64,000 bases of DNA from IMG/VR virus record IMGVR_UViG_3300049171_000040, positions 1-64,000 of that record; one strand, given 5' to 3'. The translations under genes were made by a program, and so were the position numbers. How positions within the stretch are numbered: position 1 is the stretch's first letter; every line of letters begins with the position of its first letter. Source of the stretch: a virus. A model generated the notes under the pieces. It was not told the origin of the DNA, did no database searches, and saw only the letters and a program-made list of their open reading frames with translations. This document shows, piece by piece, positions 10,159 through 20,641 of this stretch.

Positions 10159-10532
10159 TCGACATCGAAGCAGTCCTCGTCGGCTGGCTTGAGGACACCA
10201 TCGAGGATGTCCGGGCTAGTACCGAAACGCCGCCCGACCTGGGCGGTCAACTCCCATGGCTGCAGGTGGTCCGCATCGGCGGGCCATACGACGGCTACCG
10301 CATCGACCGCCCCACCGTAGACATCGCGGCATTCGACGCGACCGGCCCTGAGGCGTCTGCGCTGGCCGCTCAGGTGCAGGTCTTGATGCACGAGCAGTTC
10401 GCGCGCGGCCAGGTCGGATCGGCGGTGATCTCCCGAGTGGAGACCGTGACCGGCCCTCACTGGGTGCCGTACGACAACCCGGCGATGCGCCGCTACGAGG
10501 CCACCTACCGACTTGCGGTTCACCTCGCATAA
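10155..10532 (+). CDS. tail terminator
   Basis: LP..QVVRIGG and D.PTVDI motifs; directly before the major tail gene. Confidence 0.75.
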   Translation: MIDIEAVLVGWLEDTIEDVRASTETPPDLGGQLPWLQVVRIGGPYDGYRIDRPTVDIAAFDATGPEASALAAQVQVLMHEQFARGQVGSAVISRVETVTGPHWVPYDNPAMRRYEATYRLAVHLA

Positions 10533-10550
10533 CCCCCCTTCCCCCCACCG

Positions 10551-10580
10551 AGCCCCTGAGCCGACCGGCCAGGGGCTTTT
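10551..10580 (+). terminator. intrinsic terminator-like hairpin
   Basis: AGCCCCTG...CAGGGGCT followed by TTT. Confidence 0.55.
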
Positions 10581-10617
10581 GCATGCCCGACCAAGCGGGA
10601 TCTGAAGGGAAACCACC

Positions 10618-11202
10618 ATGGTCAACATTGTTCGAGCCGCAGATCTCGCGGTAGTCGGCAGCAACGGCGGAGGCTGGTGCGCGCCGCTCGGCACCGCCCA
10701 GCCCGGCGACCCCGAGTCGGCTCCGCCCGCGCCGTGGCTCGCCCTTGGCGCCATCTCCGAAGACGGCCTCACCAACGGCGTCGACGAGGACTCCGAGCAG
10801 TTCACCCCGTGGGGACTGAACTCGCCATTCCGCACCGTCGTCACCAGCTCGATCAGGACGTTCTCCCTCACCGCGTGGGAGACGAACCGCCCGATCGTCA
10901 AGAGCCTCCAGTACCGCCTCGACGTCGCCGAGCTCGTCCCCGTGGCCGGTATCACCACGTTCGCTGAGACCGCGTCTGCGTCCCCGGACCGGCGGGCGTT
11001 CATCTTCGACGTCTACGACGGCGAGTCGACGTGGGAGCGCTTTTTCGTTCCCGAGGGGGAGATCACCGAACGCTCGGACATCACCTACGCCCAGGGTGAG
11101 ATGGCGGGCTACGAGTGGACCATCTCCACCTACCCCGACGCCGAGAACAACCTCGTCTACCACTCCGTGTTCGCCCCCGAAGTTGAGGAGCACCAGTCGT
11201 AA
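10618..11202 (+). CDS. major tail protein
   Basis: LGAISEDGL, FSLTAWET and YEWTISTYPD motifs of actinophage tail tube proteins. Confidence 0.85.
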   Translation: MVNIVRAADLAVVGSNGGGWCAPLGTAQPGDPESAPPAPWLALGAISEDGLTNGVDEDSEQFTPWGLNSPFRTVVTSSIRTFSLTAWETNRPIVKSLQYRLDVAELVPVAGITTFAETASASPDRRAFIFDVYDGESTWERFFVPEGEITERSDITYAQGEMAGYEWTISTYPDAENNLVYHSVFAPEVEEHQS

Positions 11203-11579
11203 TGGCACCAACCCCCCGTTCCAAGCCGAAGGTCATCACGCAGGACGGCGAACCGGTCGTCCACTACGACCTCGACGCCGTCGAAGCAGAGGCGGTGGAG
11301 GAGCCGTTCGTCTTCCGCCTCGGCGGTGAGGTGTTCACCATGGCCGCCCCAGAGGACGCGGACTGGCAGGTCACCGACGAGATGTCGGAGACCAACGCCG
11401 GCCTGCGCACCTTTGTGCGTGATCTGCTCGGCGATGACGACTATGAGCGGTTCGCGAAGCATCGCCTGACGAACAAGCAGATCACCGGCCTGCTCGACGC
11501 TTGCAACCAGCACTACGGAACCACGCCGGGGAAAACTCGGGCCTCCGGGCGCTCCTCGCGGAGCACACGGAGGCGATAG
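11202..11579 (+). CDS. tail assembly chaperone (gpG)
   Basis: Lies between the major tail and tape measure genes; slippery G GGG AAA near the 3' end. Confidence 0.8.
   Translation: MAPTPRSKPKVITQDGEPVVHYDLDAVEAEAVEEPFVFRLGGEVFTMAAPEDADWQVTDEMSETNAGLRTFVRDLLGDDDYERFAKHRLTNKQITGLLDACNQHYGTTPGKTRASGRSSRSTRRR
11528..11535 (+). other. programmed -1 ribosomal frameshift site GGGGAAAA
   Basis: CCG GGG AAA (P-G-K) in gpG; the -1 frame reads GGG GAA AAC TCG and stays open to 11992. Confidence 0.8.
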
Positions 11580-11992
11580 AAGCCGACTTCGACGACCGGG
11601 GGTGGGACCTGCGGGACGTCTTCCGCCCAGGCGGCGGCGAGGCTCGCCTTACGTGGCGCAAGCTCGGCATGCGCTTGCGGAACCTGCCGCCGGAGTCGCG
11701 GTTCAAGACGGCGCTGCGGAATGAGACGCCCGAGCAGGAGTTGAAGCAGCTCTCCGAGGGCGCCGACCCGTCAACGGGCCAGTGGTCTCACACGGAGATG
11801 CTCATCGCGCAGATGATCGACACGCTGAGGGATATCCGCTACACCCTCGTGCGGGTAAACGGCGGGAAGGGCAAGCCGCCCGCGCCGCTGCCGCGCCCTG
11901 GGGTGAAGCCCAAGGGGAAACGTAAGCGGAAGCCGCTCACTGAAGCGCAAGCCGAGTTCCTGTACAGGCGCCTCAATCCGGACGCCGAATAG
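11528..11992 (+). CDS. tail assembly chaperone gpGT C-terminal extension (via -1 frameshift)
   Basis: Open -1 frame with EAIEADF, LPPESR, W...E.L.A...D and P.P.PRPG motifs. Confidence 0.75.
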   Translation, partial: GENSGLRALLAEHTEAIEADFDDRGWDLRDVFRPGGGEARLTWRKLGMRLRNLPPESRFKTALRNETPEQELKQLSEGADPSTGQWSHTEMLIAQMIDTLRDIRYTLVRVNGGKGKPPAPLPRPGVKPKGKRKRKPLTEAQAEFLYRRLNPDAE

Positions 11993-12029
11993 CACCTGAT
12001 CAGCCACAACCCACGAAACGGGGTGAGTT

Positions 12030-15000
12030 GTGGCCGAGTTCCAGGCTGGCGAAGTCGTCGTCCCGGTGATCCCGTCCGCGAAGACGTTCATCCGGGACCT
12101 GAAGAAGCAGATCATGGGCGACGCCTACAAGGCGGCCCGGGAGATCGGCGCTGAGATCCAGCGCGGCATCCAGGACCAGATCCGGGATGTGCGGGTGTCG
12201 GCGTCGGCTGACACCGCGGCGGCGTCGGCTCAGATGGCGACGCTCGGCGCTGCCGTTGATCGCGTCGATGGGCGTACTGCCCGTGTTCGAGCGGATGCGG
12301 ACACGGGCGCAGCCACGTCGGGACTCACGGCGGTGGAGACAGCTGCCTCTCGCGTTGATGGGCGTACGGCTCGCCTGTCGGTCGATGCTGATACCGGTGG
12401 CGCTACGGCCGGCATGTCGTCGGTGGAGTTGGCGGCATCCCGCATCGATGGCCGGGCGGTCCGCGTTCAGGTCGACGCCGACGTGGGCGGAGCGCTCGCC
12501 GGTATCGGCCTGGTGACTGCGGCGCTGGCGACGATCCCGATCGCGGCGACGGCCGCTCTTGGCGCTGGCGCTCTGGGCGGCGCTCTGGCCGCTGCTGGTG
12601 TCGGGTTCGCCGGTCTGGCCGCAGTGGCGGGGCCGAGCTTGGGCCGGATTAACGAGGCGTTGCAGGCCCAGGAAGCCGCGACGAAGGCCGCCGCAACAGC
12701 AACGACAGGCGGGGCGCAGGCTGCGGCGCAAGCAGCATCTCAAGCGCTCACCCTGGCCTCAGCTGAGCAGCGGGTGACCGACGCCAAGCGCACCGCGAAG
12801 CAGGCCGAAGAGGACCTGACGCGGGCGAGGCAGGCGGCGAAGCAGGCCCTTGAGGACCTGAACCGCGCAGCGGCCGGGGCTGCGCTCGATCAGGAGTCGG
12901 CGGAACTCGGCCTGCTGGAAGCTCGGCAGCGCCTTGAGGAGATCAACGCCGATCCGAAGTCCACTGACCTTCAGCGCAAACGCGCCGAACTGGAGGTACG
13001 CCAGGCCGAGCAGCGGGTGAAGGACGCCAAGGACCGGGCGAAAGACACGGCCAAGGCCGAAAAGGACGCCAACAAGGCGGGCATCGAAGGCAGCGACCAG
13101 GTCATCGCGGCCAAGGACAAAATCCGCCAGGCCAACCAGCGGCTCAGAGAGTCCGAAGCGCAGTTGCGGGTCACCCAACTCCAGGCCAACGCCGCGACCA
13201 AGGCCGGTAGCCAGGCGCAGTCGAACCTGGCGTACGCGACGTCGAAACTGTCACCGGCGGCTAAGACCGCTGCGGAGCAGATCGGCAAGTTCCGGGACGC
13301 CTACCTGGCATGGCAGGAAAAGCTGGAGCCCTCCGTGTTGCCTGCCGTAACGGGCGGGCTGCGGGTCGTTCAGGCGCTTTTCAAGCCACTCACTCCACTG
13401 ATCAAGGGTAGCGCCGGTGCGCTAGTCGGTCTCGGCCAGTCGGCGGAGAAGGCGCTCGGCGGCAAGTTCTGGACATCGTTCTTCAAGGACCTGTCGACCG
13501 CCGCGCCCACCGCGATCACCGGTCTGGGCAAGTCGATCGGGAACGTGGTGACCGGGTTCGCCGGCATCGTGAAGGCGTTCCTGCCATATGTGCCCGCGAT
13601 CGTGGCCGGGGTCGTGAAGATCACAGGCCAGTTCGCGAAGTGGGGCAAAGGGCTCGGCGAGTCGAACGGCTTCCAGTCATTCATCAAGTTCGCCCGAGAG
13701 AACGTCCCCAAGCTGGTCACGCTCTTCGGCAACATCGGATCGGCGATCGGTTCGGTCGTTGCCGCGCTGGCTCCGCTAGGTGGCGGGGTCCTGTCTGCCC
13801 TATCTGGCGTGGCGAGCTGGGTTGCCAGTCTGCCTCCGGTGGTGATCCAGGGCATCGCCGTTGGTATCGGCGCGATCGTGCTCGGCGTGAAGGCTTGGGC
13901 TGTCGCTCAGACGATCTTGAACGTGGTATTGAGCAAGAACCCGATCGGCCTGATCATCACCTTGATTGCCGCTGTGGTGGGCGCGATCTTGCTCGCCTAC
14001 AACTCCTCCGAGGATTTCCGCCGCGTAGTCGACGTGGTGTGGAAGGGCGTCCAGGACGCGATCTCCTTCGCATGGAACAACGTGATCAAGCCCGTCGTCG
14101 AGGCGCTGGTCACGTTCTGGAAGACGGTGCTAGGCCCGGCGCTGTCCCACTTCTGGGAGAACGTCGTCAAGCCCGCGTGGGCGTCGATCTCAGCGGCGAT
14201 CTCCCAGGCTTGGACGAACCACATCCAGCCCGCCTTGAAAGCGATCTGGAACTTCCTCACGACCGTTCTAGGCCCGAAGATCGTGTGGTTCCAGACCACC
14301 ATCGTGGGTCCGGTGTTCGCCAAGCTCGGCGAAATCATCAAGGGCGCCTGGACGAACATCATCTGGCCTGCCTTGAAGGCGTTCTTCGGGTTCATCGTCA
14401 ACGACTTGGCGCCGAAGGTGACGTGGCTGTGGAAGAACATCATCCAGCCCGCGTTCTCGACTATCGGCACGATCATCAAGGGTGCGTGGGACAAGGTCAT
14501 CAAGCCCACGTTCGATTTCCTCTACAAGGCGATCTTCGAAACGATCCCGAACGGGTTCAAAAAGGGCGTCAGCCTGATCGAGGGCTTCTGGAACGGCCTG
14601 AAGGAGGTCGCCCGCAAGCCCGTCAAGTTCATCGTCGACACCGTCTACAACAACGGCATCGCCGCCGTGTGGAACGCGGTCGCCAAGACGTTGAAGCTGC
14701 CGGAGTTGCCGCTGCTCAAGTTCGCGAAGGGCGGCATCTATCCCGGCTACACGCCCGGCAAGGACGTCGGCATGGCTGCGGTCAGCGGCGGCGAGGCGAT
14801 CATGCGCCCGGAGTGGACGCGTGCGGTCGGGAAGGACTACGTCAACAGCGCGAATGCCGCCGCTCGATCGGGTGGTGTCGGTGGCGTGGCCCGGTTCCTC
14901 GGCGTCGCGGGTGACCCTGGATTTGCTGGCGCCTTCGCTGGCGGCGGGATCATCGGCAACATTCAGGACTTCATCGCGGGCGGCATCAAGGCCGGTGCGG

Positions 15001-15698
15001 AGAGACTCCTGAACCCGCTGGTTGCACAGGCGACGTCGGCTATGGGCGGGACGCCGTTCGGGAAGATGCTCACCGGCATTCCGAAGACGATGGTCGCTGG
15101 CGTGATCAAGCTGTTCGGAGAGCGTGAAGAGAAGTACGGCGGGGCGAGCCAGCACGCAGCGGTGAAGTTCGCGCGAGCGCAGATCGGCAAGCCGTACCAG
15201 TGGGGTGCGACCGGGCCGGGAACGTACGACTGCTCGGGTCTGACCATGCGGTCTCTCCAAGCTGCTGGGCTGACCAACGTCCCGCGTGTGACGTATGACC
15301 AGATCAACTACGGCAAGGCGGTGTCCAGTCCGCTCGCGGGTGACCTGGGCTTCCCACACCGAGGTCACGTGTGGCTTTACAGCGCCAAGAACAAGATCAT
15401 CGAAGCTCCGTACACGGGTGCTCACGTCCGCGAGGTTGCTGCCCGTGGCGCGATGGCGATCCGCCGGCCGAGCTACGACGACGGCGGCTACCTCATGCCG
15501 GGAACGTCCCTCGTTCACAACGGGACTGGGCGGCCGGAGCCGGTGCTCACCGACCGGCAGTGGCAGGACGTCCAGGGCGGCACCCGCGGCGGCGATGGGT
15601 CGCTCTTCACGATCGAGGAGTTCCACGCCACCCCGGAACAGTCGCCGTTCGCGATCGCCAAGGACCTCGATTTCATCATGGGCCAGCGTCGGCGTTAA
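12030..15698 (+). CDS. tape measure protein with C-terminal NlpC/P60 peptidoglycan hydrolase domain
   Basis: 1222 aa, Ala-rich coiled coil, W-spaced repeats; C-terminal AQIGKPYQWGATGPGTYDCSGL..GHV. Confidence 0.92.
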   Translation: MAEFQAGEVVVPVIPSAKTFIRDLKKQIMGDAYKAAREIGAEIQRGIQDQIRDVRVSASADTAAASAQMATLGAAVDRVDGRTARVRADADTGAATSGLTAVETAASRVDGRTARLSVDADTGGATAGMSSVELAASRIDGRAVRVQVDADVGGALAGIGLVTAALATIPIAATAALGAGALGGALAAAGVGFAGLAAVAGPSLGRINEALQAQEAATKAAATATTGGAQAAAQAASQALTLASAEQRVTDAKRTAKQAEEDLTRARQAAKQALEDLNRAAAGAALDQESAELGLLEARQRLEEINADPKSTDLQRKRAELEVRQAEQRVKDAKDRAKDTAKAEKDANKAGIEGSDQVIAAKDKIRQANQRLRESEAQLRVTQLQANAATKAGSQAQSNLAYATSKLSPAAKTAAEQIGKFRDAYLAWQEKLEPSVLPAVTGGLRVVQALFKPLTPLIKGSAGALVGLGQSAEKALGGKFWTSFFKDLSTAAPTAITGLGKSIGNVVTGFAGIVKAFLPYVPAIVAGVVKITGQFAKWGKGLGESNGFQSFIKFARENVPKLVTLFGNIGSAIGSVVAALAPLGGGVLSALSGVASWVASLPPVVIQGIAVGIGAIVLGVKAWAVAQTILNVVLSKNPIGLIITLIAAVVGAILLAYNSSEDFRRVVDVVWKGVQDAISFAWNNVIKPVVEALVTFWKTVLGPALSHFWENVVKPAWASISAAISQAWTNHIQPALKAIWNFLTTVLGPKIVWFQTTIVGPVFAKLGEIIKGAWTNIIWPALKAFFGFIVNDLAPKVTWLWKNIIQPAFSTIGTIIKGAWDKVIKPTFDFLYKAIFETIPNGFKKGVSLIEGFWNGLKEVARKPVKFIVDTVYNNGIAAVWNAVAKTLKLPELPLLKFAKGGIYPGYTPGKDVGMAAVSGGEAIMRPEWTRAVGKDYVNSANAAARSGGVGGVARFLGVAGDPGFAGAFAGGGIIGNIQDFIAGGIKAGAERLLNPLVAQATSAMGGTPFGKMLTGIPKTMVAGVIKLFGEREEKYGGASQHAAVKFARAQIGKPYQWGATGPGTYDCSGLTMRSLQAAGLTNVPRVTYDQINYGKAVSSPLAGDLGFPHRGHVWLYSAKNKIIEAPYTGAHVREVAARGAMAIRRPSYDDGGYLMPGTSLVHNGTGRPEPVLTDRQWQDVQGGTRGGDGSLFTIEEFHATPEQSPFAIAKDLDFIMGQRRR

Positions 15699-15771
15699 CG
15701 CAGGTCGCGCAACCAATCCATCGGTAGAGAGGCGAGTTTGCCATGCCCGAAAACGATCTGCGGGACGCGCC

Positions 15772-16050
15772 GTGAGTGCCCGCGTAGAAGCCGCGAAGGC
15801 GCGGCGCAATCTCCAGTTCCTCGAAGAGTGCACAGCGATGTGCGACCGCTTGGAGGAGGCGAAAGAAGCCGTCCGCGCGGCACGAGCGGCAGGCGACGCG
15901 AAGGCCATGGCGAAAGCCCGGAAGGCGCTTCGCCCGATCGCCACCGAGGTTCACGAGTTCCGGGCGGCGATGGTGACGCTCGCTGGCGCTCCGGAAGCCG
16001 GGCCTGGTGACGCCGTGGTCCGGCCCAAGACCGTCCGACGGAAGGGCTGA
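15772..16050 (+). CDS. hypothetical tail-region protein
   Basis: GTG start, phage-like codon usage, ends 3 nt before the next gene. Confidence 0.55.
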   Translation: MSARVEAAKARRNLQFLEECTAMCDRLEEAKEAVRAARAAGDAKAMAKARKALRPIATEVHEFRAAMVTLAGAPEAGPGDAVVRPKTVRRKG

Positions 16051-16053
16051 CCG

Positions 16054-16494
16054 ATGACTTGGACTGCTAGCGGGTGGTACGGAGACACCCTGCGCAAGGT
16101 GCTCGTCCTGGATATCGAACTCGATCTCGACCTCAACGATCACAAGCTCGCGCTGTACACCACCAGCTACACGCCGGACTACTCGGCGGCGGACCCGGTG
16201 TACGGGACCACGAATGAGATCGTCGGCACGGGCTACATTGCGGGCGGGTCAGTCCTGACCACCACCACGCTCGTCGCCAGCGGCGGGTACGTGACGTGGG
16301 GCGCCGACAACGTGACGTGGGCCGACTCGACCCTTACGGGCGTACGAGGCGGCCTTATCTATGCGGCAGCGCTCGCCACCGACGATCTGATCGTCGGCAT
16401 CGATTACGGCGACTCATACGACACCGCCGACGGGTCCTTGATCGTTAGCTGGAGCGGGTCGGGCGTGGCAAGGATCGCCGTCGTCTCCGCCTGA
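16054..16494 (+). CDS. minor tail protein
   Basis: KLALYT..TPD and NEIVGTGYIAGG motifs, typical of actinophage minor tail proteins. Confidence 0.65.
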   Translation: MTWTASGWYGDTLRKVLVLDIELDLDLNDHKLALYTTSYTPDYSAADPVYGTTNEIVGTGYIAGGSVLTTTTLVASGGYVTWGADNVTWADSTLTGVRGGLIYAAALATDDLIVGIDYGDSYDTADGSLIVSWSGSGVARIAVVSA

Positions 16495-16517
16495 CCTGTC
16501 GCAACGCTCCCTCATTT

Positions 16518-16540
16518 CGCCGCCTCCGGGCGGCTTTTTC
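16518..16540 (+). terminator. intrinsic terminator-like hairpin
   Basis: GCCGCC TCCG GGCGGC followed by TTTTT. Confidence 0.6.
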
Positions 16541-16571
16541 ATGCCCGCCTACCTGAAGAGAGGGGGCGGGC

Positions 16572-18377
16572 ATGGCTATCGCCATCCACCCGTCAAGCCC
16601 GGCGCTAGTGACCGGCGGATTCGAGCCGACCACCGCGAGTTTCTCGCCCCCGGCTGGCTCCCTGCTGGTGGCGTGCTCATCTTCGGGGCCAGCGCACACG
16701 GTCAGCAATTCCGGTACGGCCCGCACGTGGACGCAGCGGGTTGTGAGGAGCGGCACAAAGATTTTCACCGCGCCGAACCCGACAGCACTGACCAACACCA
16801 CCGTCAAAATCGTCAGCGCCGGTGGCCCTCTCAAGGTGTTCGTACTGACCGGCGTCCACCCCACCACGTTCATCGGTCAAACCGGCAACGGGGCGTCTAC
16901 GACCAACAACGTCACCGTCTCCGGCTACTCCGCCACCGCCGCCGGGTCGATGGGCGTCCTGCTCGCCCCCGAGTTTAACAACCTCGGCCTGCCGACTTCG
17001 ACCGATGATGAGATCGCGTACTCCGACGGCTCCCGGTGTGGCCTGGTAATCACCAAAACGGCGACCACTGCAGGCCAGTCGATCACGTTCAATTTGGATG
17101 CTTTCGGGGCCGCTGCCGCCGATTGGACGTGGGTGGCGCTGGAGTTGCTGGCGGACTCCCTAGACGCCGCTATCGACGCTACGACAGTCGACGCGGCAGC
17201 GGACATACCCAATCCGGGCGTCTCCGCCGGAGCAACGATCTCCATACAGTCGGTGGACGCTCAGGCCGATATCGACCCGCCAGACACCTCCGCAGGCCAG
17301 ACCGCTCACCCAGACACGGTCACTGCTCAGGGTGAGGTGCCGCCGCCCACTGTGGCAGCGGGCAGCGCCGAGCTGATCAACGTGGCGACCGTCGAGGCCG
17401 GGGCAGATATCGCGGCTCCTGATGTCTCCGCCGGAGCGACGATCGCCGCCGAGACGGTGGACGCGACGGCGAACCTACCGGCCCCATCAATTACCGCGAC
17501 CCGCCAGACAACGATCAATCCGGCCACGGTCGAGGCACGGGCCGATATCGGCACGCCAGAACTTGCCGTCCCGTTCCTGCCCGGTCAGACGATCACGGGC
17601 GATTTCCAGATCGAGTGGGCCGAGCAGCATTACGGCGGGTACGGCAACGTCTACCAGGTGCTGGCCGGGTCGGTTGAGGGCTGGGACGACCTACCAGCGT
17701 TGGACAGCGACAGTGCGATCCGTCCGTCTCGCCATGGTGCTTGGCCTGGCACGAGCCTCGCGCAGCAGCGAGAAGTCTCCGCGATCATCGCCGTTGACGA
17801 TCCCGACACGTTCGTGACGTCCTTGAGGGCACTCCGCCGGGCGACAGCCGTAGCGGAAGACGACGCCGAGTATGCGCTGGTCATCCGCACCTACGGAGAG
17901 GCCCTGCTCGCCTATGGGGCCATCTCCGCCCGTGTCATACCAGCAGAGCACTACGGGCAGGGGTGGGCGCAAGCTTCACTGCGCTGGACGTGTTCGGACC
18001 CGCGTCGTTACAGCCTGGTTCAACAGTCCGTCGTGGTAGCAGCGGACGGCACAGAAACGCTCGCGAACAACGGGGACACGGCGACATCTCCGAGGTTCCG
18101 CATCCTTGGCCCTGCAGTAAATCCGGTCCTGCTGAACGAGACCCGCGACCGCATCTTGGGCATCGACATCACCCTCAGCGGCGGCCAACTGCTGGAGATC
18201 GACACCCAGCTCGGCACCGTCATGGTCGGCGACACCAGCCGCATGTCCACCCTCAGCGGCGAGTCAGTCCCCGTCGAGGACTTCACCTTCGCACCCGGAA
18301 ACAACGTCATCACCTACGAGACCGACTCCGGCGGCACAGCCGGAGCCGAGGCGATATGGCGTAGCGCGTACCTATAA
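16572..18377 (+). CDS. minor tail protein: beta-rich N-domain, TV.A.A.I..P repeats and distal-tail (Dit)-like C-domain
   Basis: C-half GWDDLP..D..RP.RHGA..G, W.CSDPRRY, N.GD..T.P and WRSAY are Dit-like. Confidence 0.7.
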   Translation: MAIAIHPSSPALVTGGFEPTTASFSPPAGSLLVACSSSGPAHTVSNSGTARTWTQRVVRSGTKIFTAPNPTALTNTTVKIVSAGGPLKVFVLTGVHPTTFIGQTGNGASTTNNVTVSGYSATAAGSMGVLLAPEFNNLGLPTSTDDEIAYSDGSRCGLVITKTATTAGQSITFNLDAFGAAAADWTWVALELLADSLDAAIDATTVDAAADIPNPGVSAGATISIQSVDAQADIDPPDTSAGQTAHPDTVTAQGEVPPPTVAAGSAELINVATVEAGADIAAPDVSAGATIAAETVDATANLPAPSITATRQTTINPATVEARADIGTPELAVPFLPGQTITGDFQIEWAEQHYGGYGNVYQVLAGSVEGWDDLPALDSDSAIRPSRHGAWPGTSLAQQREVSAIIAVDDPDTFVTSLRALRRATAVAEDDAEYALVIRTYGEALLAYGAISARVIPAEHYGQGWAQASLRWTCSDPRRYSLVQQSVVVAADGTETLANNGDTATSPRFRILGPAVNPVLLNETRDRILGIDITLSGGQLLEIDTQLGTVMVGDTSRMSTLSGESVPVEDFTFAPGNNVITYETDSGGTAGAEAIWRSAYL

Positions 18378-18415
18378 CCCCAGCTCAGCCCACCCACTCC
18401 AGCCAAGAAGGGGGA

Positions 18416-20224
18416 GTGGCGTTGGCGCTTTACCGCACCACAACCTCCAACCAGTCCAGCAGCACCAGCTTTACCGTCGCCAAGCCGCCTGGGACTGTGA
18501 AGGGCGACGTGCTGATCGCATTCCAGACGTCGTCGGCGTTCGGCAGCGGACCCATGACGACGCCCACGGGCGGTGCCGCGTGGCAACTGCTCGGCCAGCG
18601 CTCTGACACAGAATGGGCCGGGACCAAGGTCTGGTGGAAGGTTGCGGGCACGTCGGAGCCGGCAAGCTACGGCTTCCAGCAGACAGTGAGCCGGCAGTCG
18701 ATTGCAGCCGTGGTGTGCGTTACCGACGCACCTGCGGTCGAGCCTCTGATTTCCAGCACGCAGAACGCAGACAGCGACTCCACCGTGACCTGCCCGGCTC
18801 TGTCCGCGAATACGGCACCCGGCGTGACGATCCGGTGGGCGGCCGGCCTGCAGAGCGGCTCCACCACCTGGTCGCAGCCCACCGGGCACGTCGAGCGCGT
18901 CGACCGGCAGATGGGCGAGGCCACGGCTGCGCTCGACACCGCCACGCGCACCCTCTCAGGCACCACCCTCACCGCAACCCTCACCGCGTCCCGTCTGCCG
19001 ATCTTCAGCCACGGGTTCACGGTGGACGTCGGCGGATCCCCAGTTCCGCCGCCGGAGCCAGAACCGGCGATCCCGCCGTCCAAGGACATTCACTACCGGT
19101 ACGTGGCCGCCGACCTGCTGACCGACGACTTCATCACCACCCTGGACTTGGCGGACGTCTCCTACGACCGGCGCATCGGGGAGCCGGGGTCATTCTCGGC
19201 GACGATCCCCATCCCCTCGGCGACGGTCGCGGACAGGGTCGCGACGATCATCCCGCGCTACCCCGACGACCTCTCCACAGGGCCGGGCAGGGTCGTCATC
19301 CACATCTACCGCAACGGCATTGTGTGGGGCAGCTACCTGATCTGGTCGGCGAGCATCGGCATCGACGACCGCGGCCGGCTGTCCGCGCGGATCAGCGGCG
19401 CCACTCTTGAGTCCTACCTGGACCACGTGGCCATCCGAGACGACCTGTCGTTCGACGACGAGGATCAGGTGGAGGTCGGCCGCGGCCTGGTCGACTCGAT
19501 GCAGGAGCAGACGTACGCCGATATCGGCCTGACGGTCGAGGGTGACCCGTCGGGTGTCCCGCGGACGGTTGCCTACCTCGCGGATGAGGGCTCTACCTAC
19601 GGAGACCGACTCAAAGAGTTGAGCGAACTCGACGACGGTTTCGAGTGGATCATCCAGACGAGGGATAGCGGCTCGGGTGTCCGCGTCCGTGAGCTCCAGA
19701 TCGCCTATCCGCGACTCGGGTCAGAGGAGACCGAGCACGTCATCTCCCAGCCCGGCAACGTGGTGAGCTTTCAGGAGGACATCGACGCTACCCGCGGCGG
19801 GACGAGCGTCGTTGTCACGGGCGAGTCAGCGTCGACGGACCTGTCCGAGTCGACTGCGCCGACCATGTCCGACCCGCACGACGCGACGGCGCATTTCGCT
19901 GCGGGCTGGCCGCGGCTTGACGTCAGTGTGCAAGCCCACTTCGAGCGGGACACGGACACCCTCGACGACTACGCCGCCCGGTGGATCGCTACGAACGCGG
20001 GCGCGGTCCGCGTGCACCAGGTCACCATCAGGCTCGATGGCGACGATCTCACCCCTGCCTCCCTTGGCGACATGGCGCGGGTGGTGCTGGTCAATAACTG
20101 GTGGCCCAGGATCGACGGCGGGGCGAGTTTCAACAGGTCGTGGCGCATCATCGGCATCTCCGTCCAGGCCACCACGCGCGGGCAGCGCGAGACCGCACAG
20201 CTCACATTTGAGGAGGTGGTCTAA
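18416..20224 (+). CDS. minor tail / baseplate hub protein
   Basis: N-terminal KPPGTVKGDVLIAF domain; C-half YRYVAADLLT, IYRNGIVWG, GFEW and GWPRLD motifs. Confidence 0.7.
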   Translation: MALALYRTTTSNQSSSTSFTVAKPPGTVKGDVLIAFQTSSAFGSGPMTTPTGGAAWQLLGQRSDTEWAGTKVWWKVAGTSEPASYGFQQTVSRQSIAAVVCVTDAPAVEPLISSTQNADSDSTVTCPALSANTAPGVTIRWAAGLQSGSTTWSQPTGHVERVDRQMGEATAALDTATRTLSGTTLTATLTASRLPIFSHGFTVDVGGSPVPPPEPEPAIPPSKDIHYRYVAADLLTDDFITTLDLADVSYDRRIGEPGSFSATIPIPSATVADRVATIIPRYPDDLSTGPGRVVIHIYRNGIVWGSYLIWSASIGIDDRGRLSARISGATLESYLDHVAIRDDLSFDDEDQVEVGRGLVDSMQEQTYADIGLTVEGDPSGVPRTVAYLADEGSTYGDRLKELSELDDGFEWIIQTRDSGSGVRVRELQIAYPRLGSEETEHVISQPGNVVSFQEDIDATRGGTSVVVTGESASTDLSESTAPTMSDPHDATAHFAAGWPRLDVSVQAHFERDTDTLDDYAARWIATNAGAVRVHQVTIRLDGDDLTPASLGDMARVVLVNNWWPRIDGGASFNRSWRIIGISVQATTRGQRETAQLTFEEVV

Positions 20225-20641
20225 GTGGCGCTGCCGTACAAGCGAGGGCTCGAAGACCGTATTGCAGATCTGGAACGGCAGGTTCAGCAGCTCTTCTCGT
20301 CGATCCAGAATCGCCAGGGGATCACTTCCGCCTCCGCTGGCCTGGTCATCCCGCCGAGGGCCACGCCACCGACGCCGGACAGCGGCGGACACATCTACGC
20401 GTCCGGTTCGGAGCCGATGTGGAGGGGAGCGTCAGGGGAGACGTACTCACTGACGCCATCGCCGCCGATCAGTCCCGGGCCCGCACCGCAGTACCCGACC
20501 AGCTTCTCCAGCCCCGCCAGCATCACCGGCGACCCCACCGCCAGCAACTACAACGAGCTCAGAGCCGATGCGGCCATGCTCCAGGTGTGTCTGCGGTCCG
20601 TGATCGAATCCGGCCGCACGGTGCCCATCTGGGACAGCTAG
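20225..20641 (+). CDS. minor tail protein
   Basis: RIADLERQV coiled coil; last gene of the tail cluster. Confidence 0.55.
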   Translation: MALPYKRGLEDRIADLERQVQQLFSSIQNRQGITSASAGLVIPPRATPPTPDSGGHIYASGSEPMWRGASGETYSLTPSPPISPGPAPQYPTSFSSPASITGDPTASNYNELRADAAMLQVCLRSVIESGRTVPIWDS

